Positions 1 through 9,233 of a DNA stretch of 64,000 nt are shown here, one piece after another. Each line of letters starts with the position of its first letter. The first letter of the stretch is position 1. The stretch is taken from assembly GCA_963845755.1 (NCBI GenBank), contig CAWJTV010000036.1, forward strand, positions 192,001 to 256,000, written 5' to 3'. This DNA comes from an uncultured Planctomycetota bacterium (GTDB lineage: Bacteria; Planctomycetota; Planctomycetia; Isosphaerales; Isosphaeraceae). A program made the translations under genes and the position numbers. The notes under the pieces are model-generated. The model saw only the letters and a program-made list of their open reading frames with translations. It searched no databases and had not been told where the DNA came from.

Positions 1-122
1 ATGTGCTCGATCTCCAGGTGGGCCATCACCAGCCGCTGAGGGCTGAGGCAGAAGCCACAACGGTGCCGGGCTGCCTGCCGCACGCGTCTCTCGACTTCGA
101 CTGGGATGTATTCACGCGGCAT
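1..122 (-). CDS. HNH endonuclease (N-terminal part; runs off window edge)
   Basis: Manual translation from ATG at 122: MPREYIPVEVERRVRQAARHRCGFCLSPQRLVMAHLEIEH, with CxxC and EIEH typical of HNH nucleases; not in ORF track. Confidence 0.7.
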   Translation of the reverse strand, partial: MPREYIPVEVERRVRQAARHRCGFCLSPQRLVMAHLEIEH

Positions 123-510
123 GATCGTCGTCGTCGTCGGCCTCGGTGTCGGTCGGCGGAGTCCGGAGGCCCCCGGCTCACCACTTCCTTCCAGGCGCGG
201 GCCTTGAGCACCAGGCCGCGTCGGTACTCGGCCATGAGTTCGTCGAGTCGGACGGCCCGGCGGTATCGAGCGTGCCTTCGCGGGCCTCCCCGAGTCGATC
301 GCTCAATTCGGCCTGCTCACCGGCCTCGAGCGTCGCGTCGCAAAGCCTCAACAGTTCGTCGTCGGGTAAAGTCTCGACATCCGGATCGGTGACGGCTCGG
401 TCGATCCAGTCGATGACCGCATCTTCAAGGCGCCGATTGCCTGCGGCCGCCAACCGGCGTGCCCGCCGCGACAGCTCATCCGGAAGCTCGATGGTGACTC
501 TCTCGCTCAT
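112..510 (-). CDS. Small antitoxin-like protein (CopG/RHH-like N-terminus), frameshifted
   Basis: ORF 178..510 (MSERVTIELPDELSRRARRLA) continues in ORF 26..235 (LMAEYRRGLVLKARAWKEVVSRG); overlaps the HNH start; end coordinate approximate. Confidence 0.55.
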
Positions 511-806
511 CGGGTCGGCACTCCCAGATCCCGGGCCTTACCCGTCCGACCGGCGATTTCCATGGCCTCATGGCGACTCCGCACGCTTTCAATCCTACCA
601 CTGCGAGATTCTGCCGGGTCGTTCGATTGGTCGATGCCTGACGATCGGCGCCTCGCGGGTGCCTCATCTTCCGGTTGAGCGGACCGCGCCGTAAAAAAAG
701 CGGACATTCCGGGACTACCCACTCGCATGGAGCCATCCGTTGTGGCAAAATTGCGCGGTGCCAAATTAACGTCTCGGTCTGACGATCCACTCGATGAGGT
801 CGGGCC

Positions 807-2033
807 ATGCGCGAAGCGATGCCGCAGTACGTCAAACGCGTCCAGGAGCTAGCCGAACACGTCCGTGGGAACGAGCAGGCCACGAAGCAGAGCCTCGTCG
901 GACCGCTGTTCACCATCCTGGGATACGACCTGACCGACCCTCGGGAGTGCATCCCCGAGTATCGGGTCGATTTCGGGCCGAACCGCTCGATCAAGCCCAT
1001 CGACTGGGCGTTCCTCCAAAGTGGACACCCGATCTTCTTCGTCGAGGCGAAGGAGGTCGGCAAGAAGCTCGCGAACTATGACGAGCAACTGGCCGACTAC
1101 TTCGCGAAGGCCCCCGAGGCCCGGCTGGGAATCCTCACCAACGGCGTGCAATGGCGATTCTTCACGGACGTCGTCAACCCGAACATCATGGACAAGGAGC
1201 CGTTCGTCAAATGGGACGTGCTGGCCGACGAGCCGCCCCCGTTCGATTTCCTGACGCTCCTTCAGAAATCCCAGTTCAATACGCCGCTGATCCGAACGTT
1301 TGCCGAGCGCAAGCGGGCCCAGAACCTCCTCGTCGCCGAATTGAACCGTCTTCTGGAGCCGGCCAGTGAATTCGTGAAGCTCGCGATCGCTAACATCGAG
1401 ACGCGACGGCTAAACGACAAGGTCATCGAGGACTGGAAGCCGGTGCTCGCCAACGCGATCAGCGAATGGGCGCGGCAGCGGACCCTGACCGCGGTCCTGG
1501 ACAACCCAACCCGGACCGATTCGAAATCCTCAGCCGAGTCGACGGGCGGAGGGAAAATCGAGACGACCCAGGAGGAGCTCGCCGCTTACGAGGTGATTCG
1601 CCGCCTCCTGGGCCCGCAACGACCCGTCGCCTATGAGGACACGGTCTCCTACTTCAAAATCCACCTGGCGGAGCGGTATACCTGGGTGATGTGCCGCCTC
1701 TACCTGAACCGCAAGCGGCCCTCCGTCTGGGTGCCCTTGCCTCTGGAACAGGTGCAGGCAGTTGCTCCGGAGTTAATGTTGAACACCCCCCAGGCCGGAT
1801 GGAGCTGCATCACACTGACCGCGACCGGGGAAATCGAACGGCTGGGCGACGTGCTGTGCGCGGCGTGGGACTCCCAGAAGGCGATCCATTCCCGGAAGCC
1901 GGAGGATGCCGAGTCGGAATCCTCAGGAGTGGACGGGAACGGGTCATCCAACGAAGCGTCACTGGACATCTCCTCCTGGTGTGTCCGATTCGGGCGAGCG
2001 AGCCTCCGAGACATTCAAAGTCTAGGAGATTAG
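807..2033 (+). CDS. Type I restriction enzyme HsdR N-terminal (HSDR_N)-domain protein, stand-alone
   Basis: NEQATKQSLVGPLFTILGYD...PEY...IDWA...FVEAK...QLADYF...GILTNGVQWRFF, a PD-(D/E)xK HSDR_N pattern; no helicase motifs. Confidence 0.75.
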   Translation: MREAMPQYVKRVQELAEHVRGNEQATKQSLVGPLFTILGYDLTDPRECIPEYRVDFGPNRSIKPIDWAFLQSGHPIFFVEAKEVGKKLANYDEQLADYFAKAPEARLGILTNGVQWRFFTDVVNPNIMDKEPFVKWDVLADEPPPFDFLTLLQKSQFNTPLIRTFAERKRAQNLLVAELNRLLEPASEFVKLAIANIETRRLNDKVIEDWKPVLANAISEWARQRTLTAVLDNPTRTDSKSSAESTGGGKIETTQEELAAYEVIRRLLGPQRPVAYEDTVSYFKIHLAERYTWVMCRLYLNRKRPSVWVPLPLEQVQAVAPELMLNTPQAGWSCITLTATGEIERLGDVLCAAWDSQKAIHSRKPEDAESESSGVDGNGSSNEASLDISSWCVRFGRASLRDIQSLGD

Positions 2034-2137
2034 TCGTCCGGAGTTGCGGACTGGCTTTCGAAGCGATCAACTTAAGAAGATACCTAGGATAGATGACCAA
2101 CATGTGAACGGCCAGCCATTTTCGGGAGACAATAGTC

Positions 2138-2671
2138 ATGGGAATTCAGGTCACAGATAGTTACGACATCCGGGAGCGTGCAGCAGCTCTTGGTTTGGCT
2201 GAGCCGATCGGCATTGTATTCCTCCCGTCAAACTTCGGCGAAGCGAGGAAACCGGAGGAATTCGTTTACGAAAGCAGCCTTCCCGACCTGCGATTGCTCC
2301 TACGGGAAGCTGGTGTGGAGGCCAGCAGGCTAGGTCCGGTCGAAGCGAAGCCGAAGCTCATTAAGGAAAATGCGTTTGACTGGACTCTTCCCACACTATT
2401 TATCGGCGGCTCGATTGCTCTTTACAGATCAAATCCCGAACTAATCAAGGTTATCATTAGAAAATTATACAAGCATTCACGAATTGTATTCATGGGGGTA
2501 ACAGGACAAACTCGGATTAAATGGGACATCGTCATCGAAGAGTCACGGGCGAAGAAGACCAAGAAGATCTCATTCGACGGGCCAGCCGAGGAATTGGAGA
2601 AGGTCCAAGAATTTCTAGAGAAGATTCTCGGCGAGGGCACACTGACAAGTGAGACGGAGGAAGGCCGATGA
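2138..2671 (+). CDS. Hypothetical protein (177 aa, one hydrophobic segment)
   Basis: Clean ORF with RBS (GGGAG), lower GC than flanks, ATGA overlap with next gene. Confidence 0.65.
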   Translation: MGIQVTDSYDIRERAAALGLAEPIGIVFLPSNFGEARKPEEFVYESSLPDLRLLLREAGVEASRLGPVEAKPKLIKENAFDWTLPTLFIGGSIALYRSNPELIKVIIRKLYKHSRIVFMGVTGQTRIKWDIVIEESRAKKTKKISFDGPAEELEKVQEFLEKILGEGTLTSETEEGR

Positions 2672-3359
2672 TGTTGGAGCCCGACGACGACCTTCAACGG
2701 GAACTTGGAAGGGCAATCGAGGAGTGCCAGAAGTTTCTTTTCATCACACGCGGGATAGAGTTCCAGGAACAAGCGAATGCCGACCTCAAGACACTATTGG
2801 AGAGAATTCGCAATTTCAAAAGGTCAGCAATCGATGAGGGTTCAGAAGAACGAGCGAACTCTTTTCTTTTTTATGAATTTATTATACAATCTTTTTTTGA
2901 ATTATTAAATATGTGGATTCAGATCAAGTACGACGAGATGGATCAAGCTTGGGACTCTTTGGTCAACGCTCAGATGGCGGTCAGGCATGCACTTCTCGTC
3001 AGAGAAGACGACCAACTTCATAAATTGAATAATAGATTACATCTCATCGAAGATGCGATATTTCCTAGACCAATGTTTATGAAGTTCCGGTTATACTGTT
3101 GAATCTGCGGAGTGTTCAATCTGCGGTCAAGAATATGGAGAATGTGGTCACATCAAAGGTAGGGTTTATCTTGGAAGCATGTGTACCTGCATAATTAAAA
3201 AATGCTCATTTCATGATATTTCGATTGTTAGATGATCCAGCCGACAAGCATTGTCGTGTGCTCTCTTTCGGCGACAGGGGTTTACTGAGAAACTTCATGA
3301 CTTGGCGTCCGCTGTCTGACACGCCAAATGGAGAAGATGTGCCTCCGGTCCATCTCTAG
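2668..3359 (+). CDS. Hypothetical protein: helical N-terminus plus CSICG...C.H Zn-binding domain (two apparent frameshifts)
   Basis: ORF 2668..3102 continues after shifts near 3082 and 3230: FMSSGYTVESAECSICGQEYGECGHIKGRVYLGSMC...DISIVDDPADKHCRV...HL*, stop 3357-3359. Confidence 0.65.
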
Positions 3360-3741
3360 GACTAAGGGCAGGGTCAAACAGCTCAGGAGAGGGTCAAAGG
3401 GGTCAGGAGCCGAAACCGACGGGTAAACTAGACCGACAGATCACTAATGGGACACCACCGGAAGTCCGATCGATCCGGGTTATTATTTCGTCATGAGGTC
3501 CTCTCGGCCTGACTGGCCAAGATCCGCCGACCAATGCGGTGACCTAGTTCAACCGGGGAAACTGGTCAGTTTCCAATCCAGAACCTTAGCGGCCTCTAAG
3601 GGAGGTCGGGGTCAGACCACAAGGAGGTCGGAAGAGGTCGCGAGTTATTCACCGGAGGGCAGGCCACAGCCCAAAGACTATTTCCGTTCCCCTTTTTTTC
3701 CAAGAAAGATTCTGACTGCCGACTCTTCATCTTAATCTATT

Positions 3742-4830
3742 CTATCTGCTCTCCTCCTCACGGTTCCGAAGCCGTCCCTGCTCAATTATGCTCACCAGTT
3801 CCCTCTGCGATTTCTTATATTTTCTTATTAAACTATTATAGGTTCTTGCTTGCGATTTCATCAAGAACGCTTGTCGTTTGTCCTTGGGCAATCGCTTCAT
3901 CACCTCACCCGTTTTTTCCTCCGAGATTCTAAAATCTACATATATATTAATTTCGATCTCTTCGCCGCTTATCTTATAACTTTTCCTTTGCCGCTCCCCA
4001 TCGACCTCCGTCACCAGTTGAGAAACTCTCTGTGCCCACTTGCCTGACAACGGATGTACAACGCCGTCAACTTCCACAGAGAGGTTGCCCGCGTCTCTAA
4101 GGAAGAGGAGGAGCTTCGCGGCAAAGTCAGGCGTGAAATCGAGAGATTTGACAGTTATATTTATCTGCTTCTCTTTGGGCTGAGTCAGGGTGAACCTTCT
4201 ATTGCCCTTAACCAGATGGACCGTTCTCTTTGATGACAAATTGTAGTTCTTCGTTGGTATGTGATTCTCGAGCATAACAACGGCGAGTAGCCCATCAAGT
4301 CGCGAGGATTCCGGCTCTGACGGATCGATTACCATAAAGCCGATACTCAGGAGTAGGCCCTCGCCGACATCCATTTTCGGGGTTACCGAGAGTTTCCCCG
4401 ACCCCAGAATCCTGGATACCTGCTTCCTTCTGGTTTCGAGTTCCTCGGTTTCCTTTAGCATCCGCTTTGCCGCCTCCTCGGCGTCTCTCTTAATTCGGAT
4501 CGCCATATGTTCAGTCGATTCATACACCAGTGTTGTTGCACCGTCGTTGTCTACGAATATGAGCGCCTGAGGGTCTATCCCGCTGGGGATTTTCTTCAAT
4601 CGGAGGAACCAGGTTGCTCTCAGGTAGGCGACGAAACTGTTTTGCGAGTTGACCGTTCCCTTGATCGTGATCGAGTCAAATGAATTCTCGTATTTTGTTT
4701 CCGTGCACTCGTACTTGGCTGTTGCCGGAGCCTTGAGCAGCCTATCAATGTACTTCTTGGCGAACCTCACGGCATCATCCTCGATGTCCCCGGCACACGA
4801 AGTGACAGCGAGCAACAAGCTGAGCAGCAT
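3742..4830 (-). CDS. Hypothetical secreted protein
   Basis: 362-aa low-GC ORF with signal-peptide-like start and an LKAPATAKY...GTVNSQNSF motif seen in many accessory exported proteins. Confidence 0.65.
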   Translation of the reverse strand: MLLSLLLAVTSCAGDIEDDAVRFAKKYIDRLLKAPATAKYECTETKYENSFDSITIKGTVNSQNSFVAYLRATWFLRLKKIPSGIDPQALIFVDNDGATTLVYESTEHMAIRIKRDAEEAAKRMLKETEELETRRKQVSRILGSGKLSVTPKMDVGEGLLLSIGFMVIDPSEPESSRLDGLLAVVMLENHIPTKNYNLSSKRTVHLVKGNRRFTLTQPKEKQINITVKSLDFTPDFAAKLLLFLRDAGNLSVEVDGVVHPLSGKWAQRVSQLVTEVDGERQRKSYKISGEEIEINIYVDFRISEEKTGEVMKRLPKDKRQAFLMKSQARTYNSLIRKYKKSQRELVSIIEQGRLRNREEESR

Positions 4831-5029
4831 GGCTGAAGCTCCTCATTCCGTGCAATCATGGTGGTCGCCAAGAAACTGGGTGAAAGGATATCACGCCAGC
4901 ATTCAGCAAGTCAATATGTAGGAAAAAACAGGTGTGCAGGAAACGGGGACGCAGCTAGTTCTTGGTGAGAAAAGTGGCCTGCTCCCCATTTCTTGGTCCA
5001 GTGATAATGGGAATCACCTGTTCGTTGAT

Positions 5030-5911
5030 TCAGTAGACGAGGGATCGGGCGGGTCTTCATCGATAGGCACATACCTCACACAAGTGGCCGCGAATTCGGC
5101 CGGTGTCTGATATCCCAGGGAACTGTGCGGGCGTTCGGTATTGTACTCCTCCATCCAGAGGCGCCCAACGCCCTGGCCTGCGGTTCGCTCTCGAATTCCT
5201 CGCGGTTCAGGAACTCGTCACGGACCTTGCTATGAAACGACTCCGCATAACCGTTCTGCCAGGGGCTCCCCGGCGCCACGGGCCAGGTCCCGGAGCCGGT
5301 GTCCTCCAGCCACGACCGCACCACCTCGGCAACGAACTCCGGCCCGTTGTCGCTTCGCATCCGGCACGGCGGGCCGCCGCGACCGGCCGCGACTTCGGCC
5401 AGGATGACCCGGATGTCCTCGGCCGTCATACCCCGGCGCGGCTCCAAGGCCAAGCATTCTCGAGTATATTCATCAACAATACTCAGCCATTTGAGACTTC
5501 GACCGTCACTGGTACGGTCGAAGATAAAGTCCCATGTCCATACGTCGTTTTTCCCGCGCGGGCCGGAGGTGGCAGGCATTCTCGTCCTGCCCATGAGCCC
5601 GGCGCGGCTTGGGATTGGCCCGCGGTTGGGCCACTTTCAGCCCCAACTCGCGATAGAGTCGACGCACGGCCTTCTTGTTGACCGTCCAGCCCTCGCGATC
5701 CAGCAAGGCCCAGATCCGCCGGTAGCCGAACCGCGGTCGGGCCCCGGCCAGTTCCTCGATGCGTCGAGCCAGCGCCACCTGCTCATCGCGAACGACCGGC
5801 GCGTAGCGAAGGCCGGACCGGGCCAGGTCCAGCCCCGCGACGCCGGCGTTGAGATACGTGGAATTCTTCACATAATTCTTTGACGATCATGCGGCGTCTG
5901 GGGGCAGTCAT
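5030..5911 (-). CDS. IS3 transposase OrfB (DDE integrase core), extra frameshifts
   Basis: RPRFGYRRIWALL, VWTWDFIFD, VDEYTRECLA, RSDNGPEF, PGSPWQNGYAESFHSKVRDEFLN. Confidence 0.88.
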
Positions 5912-6183
5912 GGCTTTTTTTTCAAGGCCTCCTGGAGCATGCGGCGGTCCAGCGCCAGCTCGGCGACCAGGAGCTTGAGGCGATCGATTTCGGCTTCGAG
6001 TTCTGAAATGTGAAATTGTTCACGCGATATAGGTTCCTCCTGGAGAGCCTTCCAGCGGTAGTAGGTCGTCGGTCCGATGCCGGCCTTGCGGCAGGCCTGG
6101 TGGAGGGTCAAGCCGGCGTCGAGGTCGGCTTGGAAGTCTCGAAGGATGGATGCAATCTGGTCCGGACTCGGTCGTTTTCGCAT
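5908..6183 (-). CDS. IS3 transposase OrfA (HTH)
   Basis: ACRKAGIGPTTYYRWK...LEAEIDRLKLLVAELALDRRMLQE. Confidence 0.9.
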   Translation of the reverse strand: MRKRPSPDQIASILRDFQADLDAGLTLHQACRKAGIGPTTYYRWKALQEEPISREQFHISELEAEIDRLKLLVAELALDRRMLQEALKKKP

Positions 6184-6412
6184 GGGTCGCTCCCTGGCTC
6201 TGTGCCAGTTGTACGATCCCCATTAAGACTGGACCAGGTTTTGGGGGGCAGGCCAAAGCAGGAAACGAGGACGCGGGTAGTTTTCCAGCCCCGGGGAGAC
6301 TCAGGTCAGGGAAAACCCGGAATCAAACTTTGATTCCTGTTTTTTCCGGCACCCGGGGGTCGTGGTGCCCAACTTTTTCCCCTACGATGCAACCTGCTAC
6401 CACGGGTGGGGG

Positions 6413-6688
6413 GAATCAAAGGGGTCAGGAGCCAAAAAAGGGGAATCAAAGGGGTCAGGGGGAATCAAAGGGGTCAGGAGCCAAAAAAGGGGAATCAAAG
6501 GGGTCAGGGGAATCAAAGGGGTCAGGGGAATCAAAGGGGTCAGGAGCCAAAACACGAAATCGGCTCCTGACCCCTTTGATTCTGCTCAAAACACGAAATC
6601 GGCTCCTGACCCCTTTGATTCTGCTGACCCCTTTGATTCTGAGAAATCGGCTCCTGACCCCTTTGATTCTGCCTGACCCCTTTGATTC
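6413..6688. repeat. REP-like cluster: 6 forward and 5 inverted copies of GAATCAAAGGGGTCAG
   Basis: Forward copies at 6413, 6443, 6462, 6492, 6510, 6528; reverse-complement copies at about 6567, 6606, 6624, 6654, 6673; related single copies near 3391 and 7153. Confidence 0.85.
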
Positions 6689-6697
6689 TGAGGGGGA

Positions 6698-6779
6698 AAA
6701 GGGGACATAACGAATATCGATAGATGTCCGAAACGAACGGCAATGTCTTCTAACAGTCGATATTCGTTATGTCCCCTTT
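6698..6779. repeat. 23-bp perfect inverted repeat (REPIN-like)
   Basis: AAAGGGGACATAACGAATATCGA (6698-6720) / TCGATATTCGTTATGTCCCCTTT (6757-6779). Confidence 0.85.
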
Positions 6780-7109
6780 CCCCCCCCCCGAGACAAACAA
6801 AAAAAGCGGATGCTTGAAACGGCCCGAGAAGCTCTGACTGTCTCTTGCATTGATAAGGAGTTCGGGCCCAATCCACTGTTTAAGCCCTGCATCAGTTGCA
6901 CTAAGGGCGTGAATTCCATTTCTTACAACTTCCGACGGCTACGGCGGTTCAATCAGCCTTGGGCAGGTGAGCTATTGACGAAGTTCTCGGGGAGTCTGAG
7001 TCGGGCGGCGTTTGAACACGACTTCGGGATGACGGAGCAACAAGCGGAAACGCAGTAGGAGGGGGAAAGGGGACATAACGTAGGGGGGAAAGGGGACAGG
7101 GGGCACAAA

Positions 7110-7734
7110 GGGGACATCGCTAAATCACCCTGCGGGTTAGGCGATCTGTGAGGGGTCAAAGAGGTCAGACCTCTTTGGGGTACCGAGATGATGAATACGA
7201 GTAACTGATTGAAGGCACTGTGGAAAACGTTGAGATTTCCGAAGATGCCTCAGATGAAGAAGACGATGACTGAGAAAAGGCAACCATCCTGGCTAAGGTC
7301 CATCGCTGAAGCTGCCAAGAAGCGGGGGGTTCCGCTTCCGCCGTTCACCGGACACGAGATGGGTCATGTGCGGACCGAGAGAACGGCAAGCGGCCGATTC
7401 ATCACGATCAAGCGGCGATTTGTGTCCGCAACCGAAGCCGCAAACGATGGAGTCGAGGTGACGCTTTGGCGGACGCAGGACGATGTTCCGCTCCCCGTAG
7501 TCACCTTTCGCGAGCCGTTGCACCCCAATCAGGGGCGGATCGCTGATGTGTTGTCCATCCTCAAACACTGGCTTGTTAACGAAGTGACACTCGATGAAGC
7601 GATATCGACTGTCGGAAAGCGCGACCACGTTCACGTTCCGAAGATCGGCAGGGCGTAATGGGGGGCGTAATGGGGACATCGCTAGGGGGCGTAATGGGGA
7701 CATCGCTAAATCACCCTGCGGGTTGGGCAATCTG
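7110..7734 (+). repeat. 39-bp direct repeat pair bracketing one ORF
   Basis: GGGGACATCGCTAAATCACCCTGCGGGTTRGGCRATCTG at 7110-7148 and 7696-7734 (2 mismatches). Confidence 0.85.
7209..7658 (+). CDS. Hypothetical protein (start may be a later ATG)
   Basis: Protein-like composition; fills the space between the 39-bp repeats. Confidence 0.55.
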   Translation: MKALWKTLRFPKMPQMKKTMTEKRQPSWLRSIAEAAKKRGVPLPPFTGHEMGHVRTERTASGRFITIKRRFVSATEAANDGVEVTLWRTQDDVPLPVVTFREPLHPNQGRIADVLSILKHWLVNEVTLDEAISTVGKRDHVHVPKIGRA

Positions 7735-7892
7735 GGAAGGCGTTCGTCTCTCCCGATGGAGCGACCCCCGCCCCGATCGACTCTGCGATCACCGTCAGCG
7801 CCGAGAGGCCCTCAGGCAAGAAGGGGACGCCGACCAAGAGGGGCTTTCATTAATAAATCGATATTATCATTAAGATATGATAATAATTAATT

Positions 7893-8294
7893 TCATCCGC
7901 TGGGTTTCTTCTCAACTCCACTCAGTTTCCTCGCAATGAGATCAGCATTCTGTTGAGACTGCGATGCGAATTCTCTTGCGTGCGGAATAATCAACTCTTC
8001 ACAGGATTCGGGCCCGATGACGACCTGCATGAGATCCTTGACAATCAGGCCGTTCTCGAGGGCAATGTCTCCCAAAGCGTGAATCCGGGAATCCTTCACC
8101 TGGACGTCGAACGAAAGATCGACGACCTGCTCGCCGATCGAGTACTCCGCATAGGCCCGAAATGGGAATGCGTCATTATGGCTGTGGCCTGCTGTCATTC
8201 TCGCCCCAGGCATCGTGGCCTGAAGGGAGCGCAGGATCGAGCCGAACGCATCACTGAGGATCGACCAAATCGTCCTTCTCGTCTCATCAGTCAT
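7893..8294 (-). CDS. Putative immunity protein
   Basis: MTDETRRTIWSILSDAFG...; start overlaps the upstream toxin-domain stop (ATGA at 8291-8294). Confidence 0.55.
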   Translation of the reverse strand: MTDETRRTIWSILSDAFGSILRSLQATMPGARMTAGHSHNDAFPFRAYAEYSIGEQVVDLSFDVQVKDSRIHALGDIALENGLIVKDLMQVVIGPESCEELIIPHAREFASQSQQNADLIARKLSGVEKKPSG

Positions 8295-8740
8295 TTTGGC
8301 CTCCTCATCACGTCGACGACGGCATCCATGATCGCCTGTGTCAGCGGGTGGGTCTGTCCAGTTCCCCGCGTGGCAGCCCATTCGTCGATCAACACAGGGT
8401 CGAGCGGACCAATGGAAACATGTCCTGGCGGCGGAGCATCGGGCTTGGCGACGAGCGGGGGTTTCAGTTTTCTGATATCGATCACTTGTGCCTTGCCGCT
8501 TGGAGGAGTCGCCGCTTCCAGATTGTCGAACGTCGATAGGCCAGTCCTGTCGATGCCCGGGCGAGGTGTGAGATTGTCCGGTTTGGCTGAGCCCCCTCGG
8601 TAGACCAGCAGTGGGGCGGTTTCCCCGGCCTCCATTCCGCCCGCACTGGTCGCGGCAGACTCGCTGCCGCCGTAGGAGCCTGCATTGGCGATACCCGTAT
8701 CAGCTCCGGACGCACTCGTTCCCACCCCGTCCTCCCCACA
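8291..8740 (-). pseudogene. Orphan polymorphic-toxin C-terminal domain
   Basis: Gly/Ala/Ser linker then VYRGGSAKPDNLTPRPGIDRTGLSTFD...GHVSI...EWAATRG...HPLT, resembling Rhs/CDI toxin tips; no delivery domain; possible short ORF from ATG 8635; 5' boundary approximate. Confidence 0.55.
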
Positions 8741-9233
8741 CCGACGCCGTCCTCCCCCGGATCCGGCGCAGTGGCACCACCCCACTATCCCTTTGCCCAG
8801 TCTAGCAGACCTGGCTGTTTTGAGAAACCATCGAGCATCAGAATCAAATGGGCCCAAAGGGGGCCCAAAGGGGAGGGCCACCCACGCGGGAGCGTGGGAA
8901 CGAGAATCAGCCCTTTCCCTCCCCTACGTTTATCACGAATTCCACGGTATTGGGTTAGGGGGGGCTTCGACCGAGGCCTTCGAGAGGGTGCAAGCCAACT
9001 GTGAGGCGCTCTCGTTGACTCGCGCGACCCCCCGATCCGAGGGTGGCGGAGGGGAAAGCCGAGACCCCTCGCCGAGGACCCGGGCCAACCCCCTTGTCTC
9101 TTGAAGAGGGGGCAGACGGGCCGCGGCCCCTGGGAGCTCACGCTTCCGTAACGGGTGGTCATCGGAGAGGAGTCTCGATAATCGTCACAGTCGAGGAGTC
9201 GCAACGTAGACGGTTATGCGGAGGGATTCGACG

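Larger units (their letters stand above)
4975..6255 (-). mobile_element. IS3-family insertion sequence (1281 bp)
   Basis: Imperfect TIRs TGGCCTGCTCCCCATTTCTTGGTCCAGT (4975) / TGGCCTGCCCCCCAAAACCTGGTCCAGT (rc, ends 6255); 3-bp direct repeat AAG (4972-4974, 6256-6258); orfA/orfB with A8G slippery site near 5914-5922. Confidence 0.92.

Noticed and set aside
6413..6688. Possible CRISPR array
   Set aside because: No unique spacers, irregular period, units in both orientations and no cas genes; fits a REP cluster.
6150..6876. ORFs with ESKGSG / KGVR / LLTPL repeats
   Set aside because: Translations of the REP array, not proteins.
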